DNA of 63,060 bases, the filler included, from Dugesia japonica (lineage: Eukaryota): assembly GCA_001938525.1 (NCBI GenBank). It is 6 parts of 6 records of this genome, joined end to end, with 100 filler letters (N's around TTAATTAATTAA, not from the genome) between each part and the next. Parts side by side here need not be neighbours in the genome. Positions count along the whole stretch, not along the records: positions 1 to 10,906 come from MQRL01496363.1; positions 11,007 to 19,972 come from MQRL01577011.1; 4 more parts are not named here. One strand, written 5' to 3'. The first letter of the stretch is position 1. Each line of letters starts with the position of its first letter. Under the pieces are notes generated by a model. That model was given only the letters and a program-made list of their open reading frames with translations, was not told the DNA's origin and made no database searches. A program made the translations under genes and the position numbers. Shown one piece after another: positions 1 to 14,188 of this stretch.

Positions 1-1923
1 TTCTTTCACGAAATTCTTTATCTTTTGTTTATCTCGTCCTGTTGTAACAACCTTTAACGAGTTACGAAACTCGTATAAGCTCTGTTATTACAATAGTGAA
101 ACACTACAGTTTTTCTTTTGATTATTTTTGGCCATTTTTGTTAGTTTGAAAAAACTTGATTTATCCAGTTAAATGCAGCAAATTTCTTAATTAATTGTTG
201 AATTTCTTGGTAGAAGCGTAACAAGTGCCATGAAAAAAGTTCCATGAAACAAGTGCGTTCTTCGTATAAAAAAATTTTGACCTGCACACGATTGAAAGTT
301 TTCATAAAAGAAATTCTTTGAGAACGTCTTAGGAAAATAATTATAATTAAGAAAACAATTCATTTTTCGGGATAACTATAAAATATAAAGGTGTATTAAA
401 GGTTTTTAACAATAACCTTTTTATTGGGTTGACTTACTTCGAAAGGTAGAATTGTTGTGGCGCTTATATGTTTTTTTAGAATTCTTAACGTGCTCTTGGT
501 CACATAAAATTTGCCGACCGCTGATATAGAATTTGAACAACTAAATGTTTGAAACTTCTTAAAATTAAAATAAGTTAAAAACAAAGCATAAAACATGATT
601 ATATATAAAATATTGTCTTTTAGAAACATACAAACTAATTTAAAATCTATTCTTTTATTATTGAAGATTTCGACCCTTATTATTATTCTTATTATTATTA
701 CTGCTATCTTCGTTCTATAAAGGCCGAGGTAATTTAATATTTAAAAGTGTATCGATTTTATCGTGCCCTGCTGGTTTCAGAGTTCAGACAAAAATTATAA
801 ATAAATAAAAATTACGTTATATTTATAATTTCAACAATAAACTTTAATTTAAATTTAAATAAACCAATCAATTTATTTATTAAATGAATGAATAAATGAA
901 AACGTTTTACAAATTTATAATTTACATAAAATAAAACATTGAAAACTTTAAATTTAATTCCCATAAAATAAATGAAAACTTTGAATTTTATTTATTTGTT
1001 GTTATCCTATGAAGTTGAGAATAAACATTTAATCACATAGACTATAAGGGCTAGGTCTCCATGGGTGTTAGAACTAGCGATTATTCTTTATTATTCTCAT
1101 GCATAGTGGTTTCTTCAACTTCCTCATTACCAGAGGCTTCAAAATTATCTTTATTTAAAACGACTAGTTTTCAATTAGTTTCTTTGTTTGTATATATTAG
1201 CATCTCGTCTACACAATGCATTTACTTTTATTATTTCGAAATAACCATAAAATCATTTTGTTTAAAAAAACACGGTGATTTAAATCAGTTAAAGCTTTCT
1301 GTATACATATTTTTAAATATAAGAGGAATTCCAACATTTATAAAATAAGTGAAAGTTCTTTTCCTTTCTTTACTTTAATATACTTCTGTAATATTGCTTC
1401 ATTTTTGTTGGTTTGAAAAGAACCACTACTTTACGATCTTTCTTTATTAATTTATTGATATTTGGTTCATTGAAAAATATTTTATTTGTTGTTTCACTAC
1501 ATGTTAGGTGAAGAAAATCTAGTCCCGTTTCATAAAAAATTATATCATCAGTATCGTCATCAGAATTATATATACCATCAATATCTCTAGTTCCTTTTAA
1601 CAGTTCGAATTTGGTAAGGAACTATTTTTATATAGAACATCACAACCCGTAAGGTGTATACTAGGGACAAAATTAGCTGATACTCAACCCCCATAAATCT
1701 TAAATTTATTATAATCCTGAAAATTCAGAGATTTTACGTTTTAAATCCCAGGATTTTCGGAATCAGAAATCGAACTGCACACTCACCACTGATATAGACA
1801 ATGTAATTTTAAATATAGTATTTTATGTTATCTATTTTAAATAGATTTTTCTCATGTCTGACTCAGATTCAATAAAATAAAATGAATTCTATTTATCTAA
1901 TAACTTGAATAAATCAAAAAGTA

Positions 1924-1959
1924 AATCCCTGAAGAAGACAATCGTTGAAAATTCGGATT
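1924..1959 (+). ncRNA. Minimal type I hammerhead ribozyme (Penelope pLTR type)
   Basis: AATCC-CTGAAGA-A-GAC-aatc-GTT-GAAA-ATTC-GGATT. Core CUGANGA and GAAA present, 5-bp stem I, 3-bp stem II, palindromic AAUU stem III, UUC cleavage triplet. Confidence 0.7.
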
Positions 1960-4900
1960 ACTAACAAAAATAAAACCAAAATCAACAACAGTTTTGATAC
2001 AAGCTTTTTAATATATTTAGAATTTATTCATAATAAATTAATTGGGATTGAAAATTATATAACTCATTGTAGATAATGTATATGAAAATTTTTAATTGCC
2101 CTTAATTTCCTGATAATGTAAAGTCAAGCATTTTATATAACCAGAATGAAAACTTTAGAAAATTTTTATGCTGTTTGAACAATATTATGGTTATTCTTAT
2201 AAACATCGATTTGAATGATGTTTTATAAATTTCTTATCATTAACAATGTGTTGGGGTCGTGGGTGAAAAATTAAATCACTCATGACCCGTAAACGAAGAT
2301 TTGATGCAACTGTTTCATTGATGGCAGCCCCGGTGACTCTTAAACAACGTTAAAAGTGCACAAGCTTACTACCGGCATCTTATTCGGGTTCATTTTTCAT
2401 CGACGATAGAAGTCGTAACATAGGAAAAAAAGTAGGTTAAAAACATGATATTTTCAAGATAAATGTACAATTTTATATATACATAGAGTTATTAATTATC
2501 TTTTGAGAGATCAGTAAAAACTTAACGAATCTTTGGGGTGGAGGATCTGCTTACAAGGTTGAGAGCAGGTTGTGCTGTAGTCGGCTTAAGTTCCGATTTT
2601 TTTATTGGAGCCACTCCACTTCGGCCTCCAGTTCAATATGCGCATACCCTGGGCTTCATCCCTCCTTGTATATTCAATGTTTTGTCGCCTGAGTTGCGAC
2701 ATTTCGAATACCAGCATTGCAATCTATTCATGCAATGCTCGATAGACTCTGGACCAGTTATGGTGTCCAGTTAACCATCAAAACTGGCAGCGAGCTGTAT
2801 TTGTCTCCAAATGTTCTACAGTTGAAACAAGTGTTGGTTGGCCAAATTTTGTGGAGCGTTTTCGTCCATTTCTAAATACAACAGATTAATTCGTTTTTAA
2901 TCGGCGTGTTCTTTATTTGTTAAAGAAACAGAGTCAGCCATTTTAGTGATGTTAATACTTGAGTTGAAAATAACTATATTGTGATATAATTAACGTGATA
3001 GAAACGGTCGGTGGATATAGTAATATTGTTGGGTATTTCTACTGAACAAAAGATTTTATGGTTCAGATTTTAATACTAGAAATATAGACATATGCTGATG
3101 ATTTTATGGGCGTTAAGTTTAACCTTGTGTATGTCAATACGATTACTATATAAAATATATCTTTAATCAAAATTTTATAAATAATGCAATATGTCTTTTG
3201 TTTTATTTAAGTAAATAAATAAAACACACCTTTCTACTAATAATATTTTGGTATATAACAAATAACACTAAAGCTTATGTCGCTATATTTTATTTAAGAG
3301 AAAGAAGCCACCCAAAGAGAGAGGTTCTTTCAATTTATATTTTGTCTGATTTTTCTAAAAAACCGATCAGTATTTATACTGAGTTTACATACGCCCTTGT
3401 TATTAAACACACATAAAAACACATAAACATGCATATATTTTGTTTATACATATTTCAAAAATCAATAACACCTGCTTTATTTTTCCACAAAACTAAAGAT
3501 CCAATTTAATAATCAAATTTCTATCTGTAAAATAAAATCAATAATATAGATTTCTATTTGCGAAATAAAGTAACACCTGTTTTATTTTTTTTCAATATCA
3601 AATTTCTACTGCTTTATTTTTTCCAATATACATTAAAATAACAATTTATCAATCGATCAAACTGTAATAATAAAAATAAATTGAAAATACTTTGAAATAA
3701 TTGAAATAAAAAATTGTTCATTTTTTTAAGATTATTCATAAGATAATTTTTCATATAAAAGTCTAATTGATCATTGGATTGTTTGGGCATTTGATTCTCT
3801 CGAATATTGTATTGAATCTCAAACAATGCTCATCTCAAATATTATTTTAGTTGTTGTATTTGTTATTTATCTGTTGTTTGTATTTGCATGTTTTGTATTT
3901 ATTAAATCTCAACAATATGAATGATGGCTACTATTAGTGAGCGATAGGTAGTTGCTGGTGGTTATATATGATTTACCTATAAACTACAGGGTACGTTATA
4001 GCAATAATCGAGGATTAGTACTAATCTTCACGAGTTTAAAAAATGTTATTTCTGTGATAGAAGGAACAAACTCGTGAAAATAACAAGCATTTTAGCGTTG
4101 TGTCCCTTACACGCTCTCGGTTGGTTTCCGGTGACTCCTTGTTGCGGGAGTGATGTAACCATCCCCGACCAGAGTAGAAGTCTGACTTAATTTCCGTGGA
4201 CAAATTTCTCATAAAGTGAAATTCATAAATTAAATGCTACATTTTAATCTAATTCGCAATTTAAATAATTTTCGTTAGTGTTCTTTTGGTTATGGATTCC
4301 TTTGCTCGCGAATCTTATGGTTTAATCCCATAAAAAGATGAAATGACGTTATTTGACCCTTAATCGCAGAATTATTCTATTACACTTACCACAGTAAAAT
4401 TATTATTTAAACAAATGGGGTTGAGGATCCCAGAGATCAACGGTTTAAATTGGGTCCTTTATGCAACTTTTCTAAACATTTAGAACCAAAGAAAGTAATT
4501 TAAATAAACATATTCAACTCAGTTTAAACTAAATTATATTAAACGAATTCAATAAATTAAAACAAAAATAATTTTGATATTTAAAACGTGATTATTTGTC
4601 ATAAAATGAAAAAACAATTAATCAAGTTTAAAGCAAAATCGAATTTAATTCAATAAATTAATTCATATAAATTAATCTTATAAATGTTTTTGATACGAAA
4701 ATGAGAACAACATCTTTATTCTTATCGATAATATTATTTATGAGTATATCTTTCAGTTTCTTTGGAAGTTTTATTATTATTTTTCTTCCCCTTCTTCTTT
4801 GTTATTGGATATTCTTGAACGTATTTCATATTCCAATATCAATTAATACCTTTTAGTTATTGAGTTTTTAATATCAATTTTCTGATCTTAGTGTTTAATC

Positions 4901-5402
4901 GCATTCGATTTTATATCGATCGGATCCGCTGGTCGATCTTTTTGATCGACCCGATTCTCGACCATCATGACCAGATTCAGTCCATGAAAAAAAATTTCTT
5001 TTAAAGAAAAATTAAAAAATTAAACAAAAATTATCACAATCATACAAAATCAGACATTTTTTCATTATCTATCATAATATAATGCCAAAATACTATTGAC
5101 AAATTCTAACTCTAATAATAATAGATCGATTTTACTAATAATTTTCATAAATTCTAAGTGCATTAAATAAATAAATCATAATCCTAAATCTGATAAATCG
5201 TAAATCTTAACTATATACAATATAATAATGATAATACTAATGATGTTAATAATAATTGTAATGATAATCTAATTTTTCATACATAATCAATACACACAGC
5301 ATTTGAAATTTATATAAAAAATCTGTACATAAAAATAATCTCAGATATCATACGACAACATTATCTCACACATTATTATCTCCCTGGCCTGTATTTTCTT
5401 AA

Positions 5403-5634
5403 CCCTTTCGCACCGACTTTCCGCTGATGACACTGAACTAAATTTATATATTGGAACTTGTTAATATTGATCTAAATATGAAATATTCTCATTTTTGTAA
5501 TCGTTAGGCTTCTAAATATCCTAGAAAGTCCTGGGATAATAATAAACTCTAACACCGCAAATTGCTTTGAAAATATCCTAGTGGGATCATGATGAAAGTT
5601 TCTGGGACGTATTTTCCCAATTGGGGTGAAAGGG
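5403..5634. mobile_element. piggyBac-type MITE (232 bp)
   Basis: TTAA-CCCTTTCGCACC ... GGGGTGAAAGGG-TTAA: TTAA target-site duplication (TSD) on both sides and CCC/GGG-ended terminal inverted repeats (TIRs). Confidence 0.8.
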
Positions 5635-5749
5635 TTAACTGATTTAGTGTTCCAGCCCAACACTAGTAATAATCTTGATATTTGATGTCTTTGGATGCAT
5701 GAAACGGGAAATAAATAGTTGTTTATGTGGTACATCATTGGTTGAAGGA

Positions 5750-6330
5750 TCAATAATGTTAGTGGTGATCCAAATAATTAATAACAATCCCGATGGTAAA
5801 ATAATCTTAAGAAACATCATACGAAGGACGGCGATGTTAAAAATATTAGTGGCTCTAATCCTTAAGATTCCGTTAACAATCCTAATTCATTAATGATAAT
5901 AAGTAACGATAAAATAAGAATAACAGTAATGAGAATGATCGTAGTTGTCGTAATAATAATATTCCTAGTAATAGCGACAGTAATAAGAATAAAACAATGA
6001 TAGTCAATGACAACCGTAATAATAATGCTAATAGCAATAATAATCGTCATAATAATAAGGATAATGATAACCATATTAATAATAGCAATAATTATAAAAA
6101 TGATAATAATGATAATAATAATAAGGATACCAATATTAATAAAAATCATAGTAATAATATTAATTAATAATCATAACCTTAATAATGATATTCAGTAATA
6201 GTAATAATAATATCTATCGTCACAATCGTTATAATAGTAAGTATGATAGTAAGATTAAAATGGATAATCATACTGTAGTCATAATAGTAATGATGGTTTT
6301 CGTAGGTATGATAATAGTAATATCCTTAAT
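5750..6330. repeat. Degenerate trinucleotide (AAT/GAT/AGT) low-complexity tract
   Basis: Eroded ATA/ATG/GTA triplet periodicity; it produces the spurious poly-Ile ORFs in the ORF track. Confidence 0.8.
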
Positions 6331-7531
6331 GATAACGAGAAAAATCTTTAGACATAGCCACGATGGAGGTAACGATATAAATATATACATCTACTGCGGT
6401 TATTAGCAAAGTGTTAGAAGAAATCATTATTGGTTAGATAGTTTTTGATATTGTGAATAAACTTCAGTTAGGTATTAATGATCTAAGGTCCTATTGTAAT
6501 TGAAAACAACTGTGATTTATATTAAGATTTTTTATTTAAAAGAATCATAAAAATTATACAAAATTGAATTAGCTTACTGATTGAGTACGGTTGCAGGAAT
6601 ATCGATTAAACTGAAAATAAGGAAGGTTATCTGCTTGCGTGGTAGATACAATTTGAATAGATTTATCTTGTTCTTCATGTGTCTTATGATCGATCAAGGA
6701 TTGGTATAATTTATTCTTGCGAGTGTTATGTGAATTTTTTTCTGATAAAGTTTCTTTATATACTGTCTGATCTGACNNNNNNNNNNNNNNNNNNNNNNNN
6801 NNNNNNNNNNNNNNNNNNNNNNNNNNNNNNNNNNNNNNNNNNNNNNNNNNNNTGCGATTAGTTGTTGACTTTTGAATAATTTGCTATGCATTGGTCAAAA
6901 TGTGTTCTGATATTGAGTTTGCTAACTTAATTGTTAGAATGATTTTTTGACAATCTGACTAGTGGGATCAGTTTGAGAATACAAATGTTGAGGCAATTAT
7001 TTCAAAAATAGCTTACTGGATAGATTGGAGAATTTAATTGTTTAGACAATTAACTAGATATCGGAATTGCAACTTTGCTTTAGATTTGCTTTGATAGATT
7101 GTGAATTACAATTTTTGAGTTTTTGATTCAATTAGTGGTGTTTTTCACCAAATTGCAAGTTTCTTTTATACTATTTTACTGGGAAGAAAATTTGTTCATT
7201 GGTGGGTATTTATAGAAAATTCTCGATTTTTGGGTTGTATTAAATTTTTTCCAGATTTTTAATATCTTTCCCCCACATTTTCCTTAGATTTTGATATATT
7301 TTGGAAATAATTTTTGAAATATTATTTTATTTTATTACATTTCCAGTTTTTTGTGGAATTTTCATATTATTTTAGTGAGAATTTAAATTTATTGCATATA
7401 TTTGGGAATGATGTACATTTTTTATTAATTCATACTAATTTCCCTTTGGGTTCACTTACTACATTTTCAATTTATTAATAGATGTTCATTTCGATTTTGG
7501 TTGGGTTTTGTCCCAAAAAATGGATAAAAGT

Positions 7532-7801
7532 ATGCCCACTACTCAAGCAAGTGTCGAGAAACTATTTTCAGCTCTAAAATTAATATTGAATGACTTAAGG
7601 TAATCGATGAAAGAAGACTTACTCTCAGCAGTTTTATTTCATAGAATAAATAACGAAAATTGATATCGTTTTTCTTTTTCTTTCAACGTTTGTAGATTTA
7701 TAACTTTCTATAAATGGTCCTTGGAGCATGGATCGGAGCCGTAGTCGGGTTGTAGTGACGAGGTGTAGCACCATAAAAAATTGGACTGCTCCAAAGCCCT
7801 G
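7532..7801 (+). mobile_element. hAT transposon 3' remnant (dimerisation domain plus right end)
   Basis: 7532-7663 reads MPTTQASVEKLFSALKLILNDLR*SMKEDLLSAVLFHRINN, the hAT C-terminal P-x-T-Q-x-S-V-E-R-x-F-S motif. Followed by GGAGC/GTAGTC subterminal motifs and the end ...GCTCCAAAGCCCTG. Confidence 0.75.
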
Positions 7802-9618
7802 CATTAAATATTAAATATTTTCCGAAAAATTATAAAACTGAATTGTTTTTTAATTTCCTGTTAACAATTCTGGTAAACTGATATTAAAGTATCTGATATA
7901 GAAATGAAAAGATTTTCATTTTTCGAGATTTCGGTTCGTTTTGATTAATTTTAATATTCTACATAGTAATGTGGAATTATTATTTGGTTGTAGCTAATAT
8001 TTTAATTTAACGATTACAATTTATATAAATTTGAATGATAATATTAAATTCATTAATATTAAAATCAATAATATTACAATAATTATTAATAATATAATTA
8101 TGGTCGCAATCATTCATTTTCATTTCATTTGTTAACCATTGATCTGTATTTATCAAATAAAAATTTTCAAAATGCAAAAATCAAAATTGTTTTTTTTATT
8201 TTCATAGATTGCTCAATATTTTTATGTAGTCTTAATCAGGAAGATTATACAATTCATTCTAGTCATGAAAACCTTATTTAATTAAAATCAATTCTCATTG
8301 GTTAAAAAATTATAACATATAATTCATTAAAAGGGTTTTCGATTAATTAAAATTTTTTTTATTTACATTTATAAATAATTTATGTGCGTGTTATATGAAA
8401 AAAATGATTGTATCTTAATATACGCTTGTTCGATATGTTTAAAAAAATTTAGAGAGTTATTGCAAGCAGTAGTTTTGAATAACGTGCATATTACGACGGA
8501 AATTTATGGAATTTAAAAGATGTTTAAAACTTCGTCGAGTATTTTTAATGTTTTTGTCAGATGCTAATTGTATTAACGGATTTATTTTATCAATTAAGTT
8601 TTTTGTTTATAATCAAATATATCTTTATTACGCATTTTGGAATTAATTATTTTTATAAATAACTTTTAAAGAGGAACTTAAAACTTAAATTAAACTGAAA
8701 TCAATTTTTAAAAGAAAAATCTTGGTAAATCCTAAACACAAAAGAAATTCTTCACTGCTCGTAGTTTTGAGTCATTCATTTTGTAATTGTTAGAATGATT
8801 CATAGATTTTAAATATCTGGGAAATTTTTTAATTTTTATAAATATTATATTAAAATTTATTTTTTTGAAAAATTAAAATATTATTGTAAAAAATGTACTT
8901 AACAGATTTTTAAAATAATAAAATATTTTTAAAACTTAAATAATTTCTATATATTATAGGTAAAATTATAAAAGTATAAAAATTATTTTTTGAAATTATG
9001 TTTAAAAACAATTAAAGATATATGAAGGTAAAAATATTTTGTAGAATTAAAATCGATATTTTTAAAATATTTTATTAAAATTTTCTCAGATTATTTGTTT
9101 GAATACACTGGATTATTCTTCATCTTTTTTTACTTTAATAAAAAAAACTTGTGATAATAAATAAAACTTATGGAGAGTTGTGAAGTTTTGAATTTAACTA
9201 ATAGTAATATTTATTACATTTTATAAAAAATAGATTTTAAGAAGCAGTCTACTTTGTCTTATTATTATTTTGTAATAGAGTTTGAAACGGAATCTATTTA
9301 AATAAACTGCAATATAATTTATTTATTGAAATTTTCTTAGTGACTAAACGTTCTTTAAAAAGTTAGAGTCTCTAAAAATGTTGGATAAACATAATTTTTT
9401 AATACATCGGATATAGAATTAAAGGTTTTGTTAAAATTTATATTAATTAGCTTAATTAATGTATCCTTAGTCAATAAATACTTAGTCAAAATAATTTGAT
9501 GTCCATTTTTAACTGAAAATTTTTGAAGATTTTTAACTTAATTAATTACATAGTGGTTAAAATAACTAGAATAAAATAAGTAATAAAAGGATATACTTAA
9601 TTTTACAATATTGAATAA

Positions 9619-9681
9619 GGAACCACAAAAAATCTTGAATAAGCCACATAAGGCTCGTGAGCCGCAATTTGTTTTCCTATG
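9619..9681. mobile_element. Degenerate hAT/Charlie-type terminus
   Basis: AGCCACATAAGGCTCGTGAGCCGCAATTTG resembles the subterminal motif of Charlie-type MITEs. Confidence 0.35.
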
Positions 9682-10906
9682 GTCCAGTTGATAAATATCA
9701 TCTTTTCAATTATATCATTTCATTATTAGTTAAGTTGAATTTGCGTTTTATAAGCGTGGTTAACCATAATTGTAATCAATAACATCTTGTGAAATTGAGG
9801 TAAATGTTTCTATATTACCACAATTTTTCCAGTAAAATAATTTTTCAATAAGCGATAAATATTGACGGAATCAATTTATAATTTCAAGTGCATAGTAGTT
9901 CACTTCGCTAGTTTTATCTGATCAATAATTTTTAGTTCTTTAAAATCAATATAATTAATAAACTAATATAATTATGTGAGTTTCAATAAATGTAGGTTGC
10001 AATTTTTTTATTTAAAATGTAACTTTAATATTCCTCATAATGAGAGCTTAAATCTGAGTCTAAAATCAGTTAATTTACGGTTGTGGTAAATGAAGAGAGA
10101 TTGGAAGAAAAATATTTATTTCAATATGTGTCTTTTTAGTTCAAATATGAACTCTAATTTTAGTTATTAAAATAAAATAATATCAAAACTTGAAGACAAA
10201 CACAATTAATTCTAACACTTTGTTATCAATTATCATAAAGCTTTACAATTAAATTTAATTCAATTTTACAAGCGTACAACTATAAGGTAAAGAAATTTCA
10301 ATATACAAATTGCCAAAAAAATAAACAAACATTGGCTATCACCGTTTTAGCTCAACGCCTTTATAAAATAATGAATTGATGGGAAACCTTTAATTATTTT
10401 AAAGCAATCGTTCAGATTTGTTACGAATCTGCGCTTGCTTTGATTTAATTTTAAATAGTCATTTTCTATATTTGGTAATTTTGAAATGACTATAATTAGT
10501 TATTTTTATTTTAAAATTACTATTTTTATTTTTATATCTAATTTTAGTAATTTATCATTAAACTCTAATTATTATGATTCATCCTTAATTAATTTTTATC
10601 ATTATTATTATAATTAATATTATTAATTTGTTAGTAAATTTAGGAAATATCTTAAATGTACCTTTGAATCCTTGATATGATTATTGTAAATATAACTCAT
10701 TAAATTTTTCCATTTTTTGTTTTACTTATCGCGAAAAAACCTCTTCGGATAAGGTAGTGGATTTTAATAAAATATCCCAATGCATTTTAAAATTATTATA
10801 AAAATAAATAATACTTTTCTTAAAGGAAAAGGTTGACATCCAAAATATATTGAAACTGATAAAATATCTAAATTACAGTGCAAAAATCGATGAATTACTT
10901 GTAAAA

Positions 10907-11006
10907 NNNNNNNNNNNNNNNNNNNNNNNNNNNNNNNNNNNNNNNNNNNNTTAATTAATTAANNNNNNNNNNNNNNNNNNNNNNNNNNNNNNNNNNNNNN
11001 NNNNNN
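10907..11006. other. Artificial scaffold spacer N44-TTAATTAATTAA-N44
   Basis: Exactly 44 N, a 12-mer with stops in all six frames, then 44 N. The identical construct occurs five times. Confidence 0.95.
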
Positions 11007-11047
11007 ATAATAATAATAATAATTATAGTAATAATAATAATAATAAT

Positions 11048-11080
<33 letters not shown>

Positions 11081-11097
11081 TTAAATAATTTGGTATA

Positions 11098-11640
11098 TGT
11101 TATATTGTAATTGTGATATTAAATAAAAATTATAGAAAATTGTAAAATTCTCAATTTAACTAATATGGCGACCAACATATCATTGGATTTGCTAAAGAAA
11201 GTAATTCATGCTGAAACTTTCAGATTGGGTGATGATGTAGAAAAATTTATTCTGAAGACAAAAATTATTTTGATCTATATGGATTTAAGAAAACTCATAG
11301 GAGTTTGTTAGTAGTTGCTTTCATACATAAAGAACTATGGGAAATTAATGAAACTGAAGACGAAGTATTGGGATTTGAAGAAAGATTCGAAAAGACTTTC
11401 TTTAGGCCATCGTCAATACTTTGGAGAAAACTCTAAATTATCGAAGGAATGGAAAGTATGTAAGTATCTATAAGAAGAAGATCGAAGGAACGCTGTAAGA
11501 TTTAATGTCTCATAAATGAAACAAAGATAATTTAACAAAGCAGCTAATAATGCATAGTTGTAATGACAGAAAGATAAAATTTACGATAAATATATTGAAA
11601 ATAATAAAAAGTGAGATAAGACGAAGTAGAAATTGAAATA
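11098..11640 (+). mobile_element. LTR-retrotransposon (Gypsy-like) 5' remnant: LTR end, PBS, decayed gag
   Basis: Short TGT...AATAAA segment, then PBS-like TGGCGACC (11166-11173) overlapping an ATG. Decayed ORF MATNISLDLLKKVIHAETFRLGDDVEKFILKTK/NYFDLYG..., a gag-like F-x-x-G-D-D-V-x-x-F pattern. Confidence 0.5.
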
Positions 11641-12235
11641 AAACAGAAATATATGTTCTAAGAGAATCTAAGGACTTTTTAACAATACCACGTGTATATA
11701 TATTTTATTTTATCATTCATTATTTGTTGAAGAGAAATTTCTATTGAATTTTTTATTCATTGTAGTCAAATTAAACTCAAAATCTCGAGAAATAACAAAA
11801 TTCTCTTTCAATAATTTCGGGAATAACATAGGTTGGAGAACATATTTTTATGATTATAATTATCTATACGATAATTATTTCTCATTTCAAAGAATAAATA
11901 AATTAAATATACATCAGAACATTTTTCATTGTATTTTCATGTTTTATTTTTTTATAGTAATTATTTATTATTTATTTATTAATTAATAAAAATATGTTTT
12001 GTTCAAAAAAATAAAAATAAAAATTTTTGAATAATACAAGATTTATTTGACTTCATTAAAACAAACATTTTTTATTTTAATTTGATATTCATTTCTATTC
12101 TAAAGTTCAACCCATTATGGAATAATATTAATAGGACAAAATTAAAACAATTAAGATAACACGAGAAAAACATAAATATAAAATTGATAATAAATTTTAA
12201 ATATGTCATTAAATTTCTAATTTTTCTGGCCATTA

Positions 12236-12240
<5 letters not shown>

Positions 12241-12304
<64 letters not shown>
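12241..12304. repeat. (AAT)n microsatellite running into a gap
   Basis: Perfect AAT run. Similar runs at about 11007-11080, 17131-17185, 17936-18071, 18952-19144, 36833-36899 and 53066-53106. Confidence 0.95.
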
Positions 12305-14188
12305 NNNNNNNNNNNNNNNNNNNNNNNNNNNNNNNNNNNNNNNNNNNNNNNNNNNNNNNNNNNNNNNNNNNNNNNNNNNNNNNNNNNNNNNNNNNNNNNN
12401 NNNNNNNNNNNNNNNNNNNNNNNNNNNNNNNNNNNNNNNNNNNNNNNNNNNNNTACAATATTAAAACAACACATTCTTTTGGGGATTTTGTCATCTTCTG
12501 GTAAATTGATTCATCATACGTAAAATGCAAACGTTCGAAATTTATTCAAGTTTATTTTAAAAAAAATAATAATAGAGATTGAAATGTTGCAAATCGTCAT
12601 TCATAGTGTTACAAAAATATAATTAAATAAAAGATCATTTATATTAGATCGTAAATGAACATTTTAGAGTATGTCGATTTGAATATTTGAATTATTTTCC
12701 AATGAAACAAAATATAGGATAAAAATGTATGAAAATTTGTTTAAATAGTGTCATTTATAAAAAAAATTTGATTATCTTCTTAAAATACTATTGAATATTG
12801 AATTGATTTTTGAATCAATAAATCGAAATGGTTTTATATAATTATATATTAAATTTTANNNNNNNNNNNNNNNNNNATTTTATACTTTTTTGTGAAAAAA
12901 ATATTGATTATAATAATTTTCTGATCGTAAAATTATTTAAAAATTAATTTGAAAATATATAATTGTCCATTTGTTTGTCATTATTAATGAAATAGATGCC
13001 AATTTGTATAATATTTCCAATATGCATTCCGAGAAATTTTATTAACTATTTATTAATATTCTAATTGGTTAGATTTGTTATTAAAATCTACAAAACAATA
13101 GCAATTACGACATTGTCATTTTTCTTTATGTGAACCTTTGTTATTACAATTATTATTGTTTATATCTTGTTGTTAAATTTCAAACTAATTTACTTGAAAA
13201 TCTAATCTTTATTTCTAAAGCAATTTTTTTTCTTTAAAAGCTTGTATGGCTAAGATGGATTTTAGATTTTATTTCTTCTATTCAAACTGAGAAAAGATTT
13301 CATTTCAAATAATTTTTTTCAGCTGCTGAAATTTTTTAGAAACGATTTTGAATTTAGTTGTTCATTAGACAAAACATTATAGCACGTCTGTTCAACAAAC
13401 AGTGAGCGGGTCTTTATTCTTGAAAAACAAACGATTTAGATCTTGAAATATTTATTTAAACAAATATTTACAAGAAATTTGTTTAAAACGAAAAATATTT
13501 TTGTTACAATTCTCAAAGAATAAAATTTGCTAAGTGTATTTTTAAATAAATTCGTTTATAACAACAAATAATTTTTTATTTCAACAAATTATTTAACAAG
13601 CAAAGATAAAAGCTACTGTTCTTTTATTTTCAATATTTTGGCATAGCCTACTTCAGNNNNNNNNNNNNNNNNNNNNNNNNNNNNNNNAAACACTTTGACA
13701 TGAAGACATATTTTCAATAAATCTGAGTAAAATCAATTTTCGTTCGATTTTAATTGTAATACAAAATTAAATGAACATTTTCTCAGTGAATTGCTGCAAA
13801 GAATAATGATAAATCTATTATAAAATATTTTTTAAAAAAACCACTGATCTGTCAATAAATAAATAATTTCGTTGTTAACAACAAATAATTTTTTATTACA
13901 AAAAATTATATAACAAGTAAAGATCAAAGTTGCTGATCTTTTATTTTAAAAAATAATTTTTAAAGTTTTTAAATTACCAATTGTAAATTTTATTTTATCA
14001 GATTTTCTGGTTTTTAATGAATATTATAACTGATTTTTTTATTGATGAAATTGCTAATTGTTTTGTAATTTNNNNNNNNNNNNNNNNNNNNNNNNNNNNN
14101 NNNNNNNNNNNNNNNNNNNNNNNNNGTGTACTAATTTTTGAATAACAAGCATGATAAGAAATTTCTTTTAATGACAATTAATTTATCA

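Noticed and set aside
3742-3924. Stop-free plus-strand frame ending in a hydrophobic stretch
   Set aside because: Only 32 codons after the ATG, T-rich composition explains the hydrophobicity, and there is no consistent splice frame.
5675-6406. Ile/Met-rich ORFs
   Set aside because: Products of a degenerate AAT-type triplet tract.
12072-12530. Poly-N/I/L/Y/X ORFs here and at 16992, 18937, 21030, 29618, 36803 and 48244
   Set aside because: Read through microsatellites and N gaps.
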